Source: Phenylobacterium sp. (GTDB lineage Bacteria; Pseudomonadota; Alphaproteobacteria; Caulobacterales; Caulobacteraceae). From it: a stretch of 64,000 nt of DNA. Each line of letters opens with the position of its first letter. The first letter of the stretch is position 1. Location: the NCBI RefSeq assembly GCF_016124325.1, contig NZ_WGNY01000026.1, positions 4,204-68,203 of the forward strand, written 5' to 3'. Below, one piece after another: positions 18,265 to 26,863 of this stretch. The translations under genes were made by a program, and so were the position numbers. The notes under the pieces are model-generated. The model worked only from the letters and a program-made list of their open reading frames with translations, did not search any database and was not told the DNA's origin.

Positions 18265-18792
18265 TCAGTAGGCGTCGAGGATGACGCTGACGATCAGGCC
18301 CGTCGCCACCGCCATCAGCACGAAGTTGCCGTCGGCGTAGATCCAGCGATGGCCGGGGGGCGGCGGCCGCAGGCCGTAGTAGGCGTAGTCCTGAACGTAG
18401 AAGTGGCGATAGGTGCGCGGCACATAGGCCCCGCGGCGCCAGGCGTGGCCCGGCGGCAGCCGGTAGTAGCCGTAGCCCGGCGCGTACCAGTAGCCCGAGC
18501 GCGGGCCGGCGTAGCCGCGCCATTCGGGCCGCGCGCGCCAGGTGTCGGGATGACGGCGGTCGTAGCGCAGCTCGCGCTGGTCGCGGCGGATCTCGGCCCG
18601 GTCGCGGCTGAGTTCGCGGGCCTCGCGCGGGCTGACGTACTTGCCGGCGTCGCGACGATCCTCGTGCAGTTCGCGCCGGTCCTCGTGGAGTTCCCGGCGA
18701 TCCTGAGCGCGCTCGGAACGCGGCTGGGCGGCGGCGGTGATGGGGGCGGCGGCGGTCGCCAGAGCGGCGACGGCGTAGAGCAGGCGTTTCAT
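18265..18792 (-). CDS. RcnB-like periplasmic protein
   Basis: 175 aa with a signal peptide. The C-terminal block [45 protein letters not shown] resembles RcnB/YohN. The N-terminal half is charged, with a tandem DRRELHE repeat. Confidence 0.65.
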   Translation of the reverse strand: MKRLLYAVAALATAAAPITAAAQPRSERAQDRRELHEDRRELHEDRRDAGKYVSPREARELSRDRAEIRRDQRELRYDRRHPDTWRARPEWRGYAGPRSGYWYAPGYGYYRLPPGHAWRRGAYVPRTYRHFYVQDYAYYGLRPPPPGHRWIYADGNFVLMAVATGLIVSVILDAY

Positions 18793-19019
18793 GGCGAATC
18801 CTTCTTAGAGGGCTTCCCGTCGTCGCCCATGACAACCGTCAACGACTGAACCCGGCCTGAACTCTTTCGATCAGCTTCGGTTCATCGGGCGCGGCGCGGG
18901 GCGTCGGAAGCGCCGCCGCGCGGCGAACAGGGTCGCCGAACCGTGGCGCGCCGATTGCAGGGACCGCGACCGGCGCTTGCAACCTGCGCCAAGGCAGAGC
19001 CGTAATTCGTTCGGGTCAC

Positions 19020-20840
19020 ATGAACGCAACGCCCATCCGCCTGTTCGACCTGCTGCGCGAGACGGCGCCGGATGGCGCGCCCGTGGAGCTGCTGCTCGAC
19101 TCCTGGCCCGAGGTCGAGGACGCGGTGCTGGCCGACAGCTCCCAGGCGCGCGAGGCCCTGACCGCCGCGGCCCATGCCCTGCCGCCGATCGCCGGCGCCA
19201 TCGCCGACCGGCGGGCCCTGGCCACGGCCGTGATGAGCGCCCGCGGGACCATCTGTTTCGCCGACCCGGCCTACCTCGCCCTGTTCGCCGACTCCTCGGA
19301 CATGCGTCCCCTTCTGAAACGCGCGCTGCGCGAGGGGTCCGTCGTGAGCCTCGTCGAGGGCGGCGCCGGCGCGGCCTTCACCGCCTGGGTCGGCGACGCC
19401 CAGGCCGCGCGGCGCTGGCCCCTGGACCGGGACGCGACGGTCGCGCTGAGCGAGGCGCCCGACCGCCTGGCGGTCGTGGTGAGCGCGCCCTCACGATCGT
19501 CCGAGCTGGCTCGCGGAGCCGCGCGCGCCCTGGACCTCACCGCGCTGGAGGCGCGCCTCGCCGAGGCGCTGCTGTTCGCGCCGAACCTGGAGGCCGCGGC
19601 CGCCGACGTGGGCGTCGGCCGCGAGACCGCCCGCGACGCGCTGCGCCGGCTCAACGCCAAGCTGGGCGTGCGGCGCACGCCGGAACTGGTCGCCCACCTG
19701 ATCGGGGTGATGTGCGCCGCCCAGCGCCCCCACGACGGCGATGCGGCGATCGCGGAGAACGCTTTCGGCCTGACGCCCGCGGAGGCCCGCGCCGCCGCGC
19801 TGGTGGCCGGCGGAGCGACGGCTCCCGAGGCCGCCGGCACGCTGGGCGTCAGCGCCGAGACCGTCCGCACCCACGTGAAGGCCGTCCTGGCCAAGACCGG
19901 CGCCAAGGGGGTTAAGGACCTCGCCCGGCTGCTCGCCGAGGCGCGCGAGCTGATCGCCCTGGCCGACGCGGCCGAGCCGATGTTCGGCGAGGAGGAAGGC
20001 GGCGGGCGCCTGCGGATCGTTCCGTCGCTGGATCGCGCGCGCCGGGTCGCCCTGATCGACTATGGCCCCTATGACGGCGAACCGGTGTTCGTCTTCCACG
20101 GCGGCGCGGCCGGACGCCGCCTGCCCGACCGCCTCCGCGCGGGCCTGATCTCGCGGGGCCTGCGCCCGATCGTCATCCAGAGGCCGGGGTTCGGGCTGAG
20201 CGATCCGGCGGTCTCCGACTATCTGGCCGCCGGGGCCGACGACATGGCCGCGGTGGTGGAGCGGCTGCGCCTGAAACGGGTGCGGCTGCTGGCCCGCGAC
20301 ACCGGCGCGCCGACCGCCCTGGCGTTCGCCCAGGCCTATCCCGGACTGATCGGCCGTTCGGTGCTGTTGAATCCGCACCCGCCGACGACCAAGGGCGGGG
20401 AGCGGCGCTCGTTCATGGCCAGCGTCCAGAAGCACCTGCTGCGCAATCCCGACCTCGTGGTCGCCTTCGCCGAACTCCTGCGGCGGCAGGCCACCACCGC
20501 GCTCCTGGAGCGCATCTTCGACAGATCGATGCGCGACACCCCGGCGGACCACGCGGCGCTGCAGGATCCCAAGGTGCGCGAGTTCCTGGCGCGCGACGTC
20601 CAGGCGATGTGCGCCCGCTCGGTCCGCGGATTCGTCTCGGAGCAGGCGATCTACGCCAACGGCTGGGAGCCGCCCGCGGACCTGCCCGCGGACATCTGGT
20701 CGCTGGCGATGTCGGGCGCGGTCGCGGCGCACGCGGACTTCGGCTGGTCCCCCGTTCCCGGCCCGCCGACGGTGATCGACGGCGCCGGCCTGCTCGTGCA
20801 GTTCACGCACCCCGAAGCGCTGGTCGACCTGATCGCATGA
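19020..20840 (+). CDS. multidomain regulator: unknown N-terminal domain + two LuxR-type HTH motifs + C-terminal alpha/beta-hydrolase fold
   Basis: 606 aa. HTH-like segments are LTALEARLAEALLFAPNLEAAAADVGVGRETARDALRRLNAKLGV and LTPAEARAAALVAGGATAPEAAGTLGVSAETVRTHVKAVLAKTGAKG. The hydrolase fold starts at VFVFHGGAAG, and the elbow reads LLARDTGAP (Asp where Ser is expected). Confidence 0.75.
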   Translation: MNATPIRLFDLLRETAPDGAPVELLLDSWPEVEDAVLADSSQAREALTAAAHALPPIAGAIADRRALATAVMSARGTICFADPAYLALFADSSDMRPLLKRALREGSVVSLVEGGAGAAFTAWVGDAQAARRWPLDRDATVALSEAPDRLAVVVSAPSRSSELARGAARALDLTALEARLAEALLFAPNLEAAAADVGVGRETARDALRRLNAKLGVRRTPELVAHLIGVMCAAQRPHDGDAAIAENAFGLTPAEARAAALVAGGATAPEAAGTLGVSAETVRTHVKAVLAKTGAKGVKDLARLLAEARELIALADAAEPMFGEEEGGGRLRIVPSLDRARRVALIDYGPYDGEPVFVFHGGAAGRRLPDRLRAGLISRGLRPIVIQRPGFGLSDPAVSDYLAAGADDMAAVVERLRLKRVRLLARDTGAPTALAFAQAYPGLIGRSVLLNPHPPTTKGGERRSFMASVQKHLLRNPDLVVAFAELLRRQATTALLERIFDRSMRDTPADHAALQDPKVREFLARDVQAMCARSVRGFVSEQAIYANGWEPPADLPADIWSLAMSGAVAAHADFGWSPVPGPPTVIDGAGLLVQFTHPEALVDLIA

Positions 20841-20918
20841 GGCGCCCCCAATTGGGGGAAGTCCAGGCCCGCTCCGACGCCTAACGATGCGGCATCGGGG
20901 ACCAGAGAGGGGCTTCCA

Positions 20919-21440
20919 ATGTTCAAGCAGTTCGGGGCCGGCGCCGCCTTGGCGCTGTTCGCCGCGTCGGCCGTGGCGGCCGACGCGCCGCTGCAGGTCA
21001 GCTATCCCGGCGACGCCATGATGGACTGCGCCGCCATCGCCGGCGAGAGCGCGCGGATGGACCAGGTGATCTATGCGTCCAACCAGGAGATCGCCAAGGC
21101 CGACGGCGGCGCGCGCGGCGCCAATATGGCCTCGTCGGTGGCCGTCGAGGGGATGCTGCGCACCGGCCTGCTGGGCCGCGCGCCGGGCCTGGGCATGTTC
21201 GCCAACAACGCGGCCTCCATGGCCAAGCAGCGCGCCGAGGCCGTGAAGGCCCAGGCGGGGGAGCGAATCCAGACCGCCAACACCCGCAAGGCGCTGCTGG
21301 CCGGGCTATACGCCGGCAAGAGCTGCGACGCGCCGCCTCCGCCGGAGCCCGCCGCGGTCGAGGCGCCGCCGCCGCCCGAGGCCATGCCCGCCGCCGCGGC
21401 GCCCGCCGATGAGGCCGCGCCCGCGCCGGCCGCGGGCTGA
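20919..21440 (+). CDS. secreted hypothetical protein with Pro/Ala-rich tail
   Basis: 173 aa with signal peptide MFKQFGAGAALALFAASAVAADA, two Cys, and a C-terminal PPPPEPAAVEAPPPPEAMPAAAAP tail. Confidence 0.6.
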   Translation: MFKQFGAGAALALFAASAVAADAPLQVSYPGDAMMDCAAIAGESARMDQVIYASNQEIAKADGGARGANMASSVAVEGMLRTGLLGRAPGLGMFANNAASMAKQRAEAVKAQAGERIQTANTRKALLAGLYAGKSCDAPPPPEPAAVEAPPPPEAMPAAAAPADEAAPAPAAG

Positions 21441-21518
21441 AGCGGCGTCGCGCGTTCAAGCCTCGCCCCAAGGGGGAAGCTGATTGCGGTGGACGGCCAG
21501 GTTCGGCAAGGGTGGGGC

Positions 21519-21926
21519 ATGACCGGCCGACAGAACGGACTTGCGAACCTGGCGCTGCAGGCGCTGCTTTCGGCGGTCGTCGCGGCGGTGCTGGTCACCC
21601 TGGCCACGCTGGGCCGCGCCGCCCTGACGCCGATGCTCGGCGGCGCCTCGCCGTTCATGCTCTATGTCGCCGCCGTCCTGGCCGCCGGCCTGATCCGCGG
21701 ACCGCTGTGCGGGGGATTGGTGATGTTGGCCGGCGGGGCGGTAGGCCTGCGGCTGTTCCTCAGCCCGCACGGCGTGGCCGCCAACGGCTCGATACCGGCC
21801 CTGATGCTGTTCTGGGGCGTCTCCGCCCCGGTGCTGGTGACGGCGAACGAGTTGCGCGTCCAGCTCGGGCGCGCCATGGCCAAGCTGAGCGCCGCCCTGC
21901 AGCGGCGCGAGAGCACGGCCCTGTGA
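21519..21926 (+). CDS. stand-alone DUF4118-like membrane protein
   Basis: ATG at 21519 (GTG at 21489 is also in frame). Three or four helices resemble the KdpD-type DUF4118 membrane module (PFMLYVAAVLAAGLIRGPLCGG...). Confidence 0.45.
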   Translation: MTGRQNGLANLALQALLSAVVAAVLVTLATLGRAALTPMLGGASPFMLYVAAVLAAGLIRGPLCGGLVMLAGGAVGLRLFLSPHGVAANGSIPALMLFWGVSAPVLVTANELRVQLGRAMAKLSAALQRRESTAL

Positions 21927-22049
21927 AATTCGCCCCACAGGCGACTTCACAACCATTAGATGCAGTTCTATAGTCAAGGTCGGGCCGGGGCGGACGCGCG
22001 AGACGTGCGGGCACATGTCTGCCGCCGGCGGATCGGAGAGGCGGTCGCG

Positions 22050-22241
22050 ATGGCGCTCTTCACCTTCTATCCGCGCAGGCGCGACGGGTCGGCGACGACC
22101 TTCGAGACGATCGAACTGCCCGACGACGTGAGCGCGCTGGTGCGGGCGCGCCAGGTGCTGGCCGAACACCCGAGCTCGGTGGAGGTCACGGTCTGGCGCG
22201 GCGAGAGCCGGATCGGGGCCGTGGCGCGCCCCGAGCGCTGA
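22050..22241 (+). CDS. small hypothetical protein (63 aa)
   Basis: ATG at 22050 with GGAGAG at 22035..22040. GC3-rich codons. Sequence begins MALFTFYPRRRDGSATTFETIELPDDVSALVRARQVLAEHP... Confidence 0.5.
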   Translation: MALFTFYPRRRDGSATTFETIELPDDVSALVRARQVLAEHPSSVEVTVWRGESRIGAVARPER

Positions 22242-22292
22242 TCCGACCGGGAAGCCTTGCCCTCGCCCGACGCATCGGCCAAAGCCTGACTC

Positions 22293-22478
22293 ATGCCCCC
22301 CGCTCGCAAACCCGAACGGTCGCTCTGGGCCGTGCGCGTCATGGCGCTGGTCTGCGTGGCCCTGGCCTTGATGTGCGCCAGCCTCGCCTTCGCCTGGCAG
22401 AGCGAGCGGGAGAAGGCCGCCTGCTGGCGCGCCGCCGCCGAGTTCCAACTCCGGCCGAACGGCGACTGCCGCGGCTGA
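22293..22478 (+). CDS. small single-TM hypothetical protein (61 aa)
   Basis: Hydrophobic helix VMALVCVALALMCASLAFAW. GC3-rich codons. No clear RBS. Confidence 0.4.
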   Translation: MPPARKPERSLWAVRVMALVCVALALMCASLAFAWQSEREKAACWRAAAEFQLRPNGDCRG

Positions 22479-22556
22479 GCCGGCGCGGCGCGCCCTTGCG
22501 AGGAGGGCGACCACACCCTAACCACGACCCACGCCGGGGGCGGCGAAGTCTGGGGC

Positions 22557-23921
22557 TTGAGTGCGATGGGTCCGATTCGGGGACGTATGGGTCTGGCGGC
22601 GATGGCGGTCGCGGCGGCGCTGGCCGGGGCGAGCGGGGCGCAGGCCGCCGCGACGCTCTACCGGCACGCGACGGTGATCGACGGGACGGGCGCGCCAGCC
22701 CGGCGCGACATGGCCGTGCTGGTCGACGGCGAGCGGATCGCCGCGGTGGGGCCCGACGGCGACGTGGCGGCGTCCGCGCCCGCCGGCGCGCATGTGGTCG
22801 ACCTGACCGGCAAGTTCCTGCTGCCCGGCCTGATCGACAGCCACGAACACCTGGCCACGCCGCCCAATCGCATCCAGGCCGAGGCCAGCCTGCGCCGCGA
22901 CCTCTACGGCGGGGTCACCGCCATCCGCGACATGGCCGACGACCTGCGCGCCGTGGGCGAACTGAAACGCGCCGCGCAGAAGGGCGAGATTCCGGCGCCC
23001 GACATCTACGACGCGGCTTTGATGGCCGGCCCCAGCTTCTTCGTCGATCCGCGCACGCACGCGGCGACCTACGGCGTGACGCCCGGCAAGGCGCCCTGGA
23101 TGCAGGCGATCGACGAGACCACCGACCTGCGCGAGGCCGTCACCCTGGCGCGGGGGACCTCGGCCACGGCGATCAAGATCTATGCGAACCTGCCCGGCGA
23201 CCTGGTGGCGAAGATCGCCGCCGAAGCGCACCGCCAGGGCCTGAAGGTGTGGGCCCACACGGCGGTCTATCCGGCCACGCCCAGCGAGGTGCTGGCGGCC
23301 AAGGCCGACGTGGTTTCGCACGCCTGCGGCCTGGCCCACGAAGCCGCGGGCACGCCCGACACCTACCAGTCGCGCACGCCGATGGAGGCCGGGCCGTTCC
23401 TGGCCGGCGACAACCCGGTGATGGCGGGGCTCTTCCGCACGATGAAGGCGCAGGGGACGATCCTGGACGCCACCATCAGCATCTACGCCCAGTCGGACGC
23501 CCGGGTCGCGGAGAACCCCAAGGCCAAGCCCGGCCTCTGCTCGGGGCCGATGGCCGCGGCGCTGACGCGGCAGGCGTTCAAGGCGGGGGTCGATATCTCG
23601 ACCGGCACCGACTGGGTCGCCCCCTACGACGACCCCTGGCCGACGCTGCACCACGAACTCGCCGCCCTCGTGCAGGCGGGCCTGCCGGCCTCGCAGGTGA
23701 TCCGCTCGGCGACGCTGGTGGGAGCGATGGCCGCCGGCCAGGAGGGCGACATGGGCACGGTGGCGGCGGGCAAGCTGGCCGACCTGATCGTCACCACGCG
23801 CGATCCCACCGCCGACATCGAAAACCTGAAGAGCCTGGAGCTCGTCATCAAGCGCGGACGCGAATACCGCCGCGCCGACTTCCGCCCGATCGCGAAAGCC
23901 GAATTCGAGGACGCCGAATGA
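22557..23921 (+). CDS. amidohydrolase family protein, exported
   Basis: 454 aa with a signal peptide (GLAAMAVAAALAGASGAQA). PGLIDSHEHL (HxH) plus distal His/Asp blocks. Confidence 0.85.
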   Translation: MSAMGPIRGRMGLAAMAVAAALAGASGAQAAATLYRHATVIDGTGAPARRDMAVLVDGERIAAVGPDGDVAASAPAGAHVVDLTGKFLLPGLIDSHEHLATPPNRIQAEASLRRDLYGGVTAIRDMADDLRAVGELKRAAQKGEIPAPDIYDAALMAGPSFFVDPRTHAATYGVTPGKAPWMQAIDETTDLREAVTLARGTSATAIKIYANLPGDLVAKIAAEAHRQGLKVWAHTAVYPATPSEVLAAKADVVSHACGLAHEAAGTPDTYQSRTPMEAGPFLAGDNPVMAGLFRTMKAQGTILDATISIYAQSDARVAENPKAKPGLCSGPMAAALTRQAFKAGVDISTGTDWVAPYDDPWPTLHHELAALVQAGLPASQVIRSATLVGAMAAGQEGDMGTVAAGKLADLIVTTRDPTADIENLKSLELVIKRGREYRRADFRPIAKAEFEDAE

Positions 23922-25030
23922 CCCCCACCCGCCGCACCGTGCTGGCCCTCTCCGCCGCAGCCCTGGCCGCGCCCGCGGTCGCCGCGGGCCCCGATCCCCT
24001 GGCCGGACTGACCGTGATCAACGCGCTGGGCGGACTGGGCGACCCCAACCACCCGGAGGCGTCCGAGACGGTCATGACGCCGCGCATCCTGGCCGACGCT
24101 CACGCCTCGGGGACCACGGCGGTCAACTGCACGGTGGGCTACGTCTTCGGACCGGGCGAGCCGTTCCAGCAATCGGTGGCCGACGTCGCGAAATGGCAGG
24201 CGCTGGTGCGGGCCAACGCCGCCGACCTGATGATGGTGCGCACCACGGCCGACATCGCCCGCGCCAAGGCCGAGAAGAAGGTGGGCGTGATCCTGGGCTT
24301 CCAGAACGCGGCGATGATGGAGGGCGACGCCAGCCGCGCCGACATCTTCGCCAACCTGGGCGTGCGGGTGATCCAGCTGACCTACAACAACGCCAATGCG
24401 CTCGGCGACGGCTCCATGGCCCCCGAGGGCCGGGGCCTCACGCCGTTCGGCCACGAGGTGGTGGAACGGCTGAACGCCAACCGGGTGATGGTCGACCTCT
24501 CGCACTCGGGGACGCAGATCTGCCTGGACGCGGCGCGGGCCTCGAAGCAGCCGATCTCGATCAACCACACCGGCTGCCGGGCCCTGACCGACCTGCCCCG
24601 CAACAAGACCGACGAGGAACTGAGGCTGGTGGCCGACAAGGGCGGGTTCGTCGGCATCTACTTCATGCCGTTCCTGAACCTCTCGGGGCACGCCACGCCC
24701 GAGGACGTCGTGGCCCATATCGAGCATGCGGTGAACCTCTGCGGCGAGGATCACGTGGGCATCGGCACCGACGGCGGCACGACCCAGATCGACGACCTCG
24801 ACGCCTATGCCGCGGCCCTGCGCAAGGAGCACGAAGAGCGGGTCGCCGCCGGCATCGCGGCCCCGGGCGAGCGGGCCGACACCCACCCCTTCGTCGACGA
24901 CCTGCGCGGGCCCGACCAGTTCCGCAAGCTCTACCGCCTTCTGGCGGCGCGCGGCCACAAGCCGGCGCGGATCGAGAAGATCCTGGGGCTGAACTTCATG
25001 CGCTACGCCCGCGACATCTGGGGCGCCTGA
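23918..25030 (+). CDS. membrane dipeptidase (peptidase M19), Tat-type signal
   Basis: The ATG at 23918 overlaps the upstream stop (ATGA). N-terminus MTPTRRTVLALSAAALAAPAVAAG. Blocks VIQLTYNNANALGDG, MVDLSHSG and VGIGTDGG. Confidence 0.85.
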   Translation: MTPTRRTVLALSAAALAAPAVAAGPDPLAGLTVINALGGLGDPNHPEASETVMTPRILADAHASGTTAVNCTVGYVFGPGEPFQQSVADVAKWQALVRANAADLMMVRTTADIARAKAEKKVGVILGFQNAAMMEGDASRADIFANLGVRVIQLTYNNANALGDGSMAPEGRGLTPFGHEVVERLNANRVMVDLSHSGTQICLDAARASKQPISINHTGCRALTDLPRNKTDEELRLVADKGGFVGIYFMPFLNLSGHATPEDVVAHIEHAVNLCGEDHVGIGTDGGTTQIDDLDAYAAALRKEHEERVAAGIAAPGERADTHPFVDDLRGPDQFRKLYRLLAARGHKPARIEKILGLNFMRYARDIWGA

Positions 25031-25038
25031 GGGGGCGC

Positions 25039-26013
25039 CTAGAAGTCGACCCGGGTCCCGAACCCTCCGCCCAACGCCTGCTCGTAGAGCGTCCAGGCGC
25101 TGGCGAGGTCCTGCACGATCGAGCCGAGGGACTTGTAGACGGTGACGTCGGACGCGGAGACCCGACCGGGAAGCCTGCCGTCGAACACCTCGCCGATCTC
25201 GCCCAGCAGGTGATCCGGGCCGACCGCGCCCCGTTCGAGCGCCTTGATGAACTCGGCCCCCTGGGCGCGCACGCCGGCGGCGTGGTCGGCGAAGAAGCGC
25301 GAGCGCGCGACCAGGGCTTCGTCGCACTCCACGGGCCCGGCCCGGCTGGAGCCCACGAGGTTCACGTGGGTCCCTTCCGACAGCCACTCGCCCAGCAGGA
25401 TCGGCTCGGCGGCGGCGGTGGTCGTGCAGACGATGTCGGCGCCGGATACGGCGTCGCGGGCCGTCGGCGCGGCATGGGTCGGGAGGTCTAGGGCCGCGCC
25501 GGCCTCGGCGGCGAAGGCGGCGGCGCGTTCGGCCGAGCGGCCCCAGACGCGGATCTCGGCCAGCGGCCGCACCCGGGCCAACGCATGGGCGTGCTCGCGG
25601 GCCTGCTCGCCGTAGCCAAGGATCGCCAGGACGCCGGCGTCGGCGCGGGCCAGGGCGTCGGTGGCGGCGGCCGAGGCGGCGGCGGTGCGGATGGCGGTGA
25701 TCTCGCCGGCGTGGACGATGGCGGCGACCTCGCCGGACTCCGGGTCAAACAGGGCGACGAAGCCCTGGTGCGACTGGCGGCCCTTGGCGAAGTTCTCGGG
25801 ATAGACGCTGATCAGCTTGGCGCCGAACACCCGGCCCGGCCCCATCGCCCCCGGCATCACGCCGAAGGCGCGGCCGGCGTCCAGGTCGATGATGCTGCGC
25901 AGGGTCTGGCGGGTCTCGCCCCGCGACAGGGCGATCATGGCCTCGCGGACCAGCGGGATCGCGACGTCCCAGGTCAGGCGCGCGCGAACATCCTCACGGC
26001 CGATGACGATCAT
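25039..26013 (-). CDS. ornithine cyclodeaminase / mu-crystallin family protein
   Basis: 324 aa with family-typical blocks (GVMPG...FGAKLISVYPEN, ITAIRTAAASAAATDALAR, ILGYGEQAREHA). Confidence 0.85.
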   Translation of the reverse strand: MIVIGREDVRARLTWDVAIPLVREAMIALSRGETRQTLRSIIDLDAGRAFGVMPGAMGPGRVFGAKLISVYPENFAKGRQSHQGFVALFDPESGEVAAIVHAGEITAIRTAAASAAATDALARADAGVLAILGYGEQAREHAHALARVRPLAEIRVWGRSAERAAAFAAEAGAALDLPTHAAPTARDAVSGADIVCTTTAAAEPILLGEWLSEGTHVNLVGSSRAGPVECDEALVARSRFFADHAAGVRAQGAEFIKALERGAVGPDHLLGEIGEVFDGRLPGRVSASDVTVYKSLGSIVQDLASAWTLYEQALGGGFGTRVDF

Positions 26014-26026
26014 CGGCCGGCCCGGC

Positions 26027-26536
26027 TCAACGGGTCCACTGGGCCAGCCAGTCGGCCAGGGCCTGAGGGGTCATGTGGCGGGCGTCGGCGAGGTCGGCGA
26101 CCTGCTGGCGGCTCACCAGTTGCTTGCCGGTCTTCGGATCCACGACCAGCAGGGCGGGCACCCCTTCGAGCCGGGTGGTGATGCCGTAGCGCGCCGGGAT
26201 CTGCAGGTTCTTATCGAAGCGGCCGACGTCGACGCTGACCAGCTCGAAATGACGATCGATGAAGCGCTTCATCTCGGGCAGCTCCATCGTCGCCGCCAGG
26301 ATGCGGCAGTCGCCGCACCAATTGCCGCCGAGATCGATGATCAGCAGCTTGCCGCCGGCCTTGGCCCGCGCCAGCGCCCCGTCGACGGCGGCGTTCGCGT
26401 CGGCCTTCTCGTCATACGGGTAGGGCAGCGGCGTCTTGAGCTGGCCGTAGTCGGAGATGCTGACCTTCGGCGCCGGGGCGGCCGCGGCGGGCGCCGCGAG
26501 CGCGAGGACAACGGCGGCGGCGAGGTATCGGATCAT
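26027..26536 (-). CDS. thioredoxin-fold protein, exported
   Basis: ATG at 26536. Signal peptide MIRYLAAAVVLALAAPAAAA. Active-site-like GGNWCGDC (CxxC). Confidence 0.75.
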   Translation of the reverse strand: MIRYLAAAVVLALAAPAAAAPAPKVSISDYGQLKTPLPYPYDEKADANAAVDGALARAKAGGKLLIIDLGGNWCGDCRILAATMELPEMKRFIDRHFELVSVDVGRFDKNLQIPARYGITTRLEGVPALLVVDPKTGKQLVSRQQVADLADARHMTPQALADWLAQWTR

Positions 26537-26808
26537 AGGGCGCTCCAGAAGCGGATCGCTGAATTTGGTGTTCGAGGTCCCGGCGTCAAGCCTCGCGGGG
26601 ACAGGCGCCGATGGCCGGAAGGACAAATTCGCACTTAGGATCAATAAGTTAATTTCAATTTCCAGTTGATACGATCTGACGCAGCGCCCTTGATTTCATT
26701 CAGGTGTAGTTGACTCGACTATCCGACGCGCGGTCGGGGGGCTTGTTCCATGTTGCGCCGCAAGTGCGCGGGAAATTCGCGTGTATTTTTCCGTCTTACA
26801 CCTGAGAG

Positions 26809-26824
26809 TGTCGAGTACTCGACA
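26809..26824. promoter_or_regulatory. 16-bp perfect palindrome TGTCGAGTACTCGACA, candidate Crp-family operator
   Basis: Read directly from the sequence. It lies 40-64 bp upstream of the Crp/Fnr gene start candidates (26864/26888), in a 327-bp AT-enriched divergent intergenic region. Confidence 0.4.
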
Positions 26825-26863
26825 GTCTTTGCGCGCGGGCGCCGATAGCCTGAAACCAGTGCC

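Noticed and set aside
22373-23917. The upstream 515 codons of track ORF 22373..25030
   Set aside because: Only the part from ATG 23918 encodes the M19 dipeptidase. The upstream part is an off-frame shadow of the amidohydrolase gene.
26690-26703. FNR-like site TTGATTTCATTCAG
   Set aside because: It matches only 7/8 of the TTGA-N6-TCAA core (last base G), and the downstream genes have no obvious link to oxygen. I kept it as a note under the intergenic-region finding, not as a feature.
26750-26848. 32-codon ORF (MLRRKCAGNSRVFFRLTPESVEYSTVFARGRR) in the long intergenic region
   Set aside because: Its codons are rich in A/T at third positions, unlike every credible gene here. It has no RBS and spans the palindrome, so it is more likely regulatory DNA.
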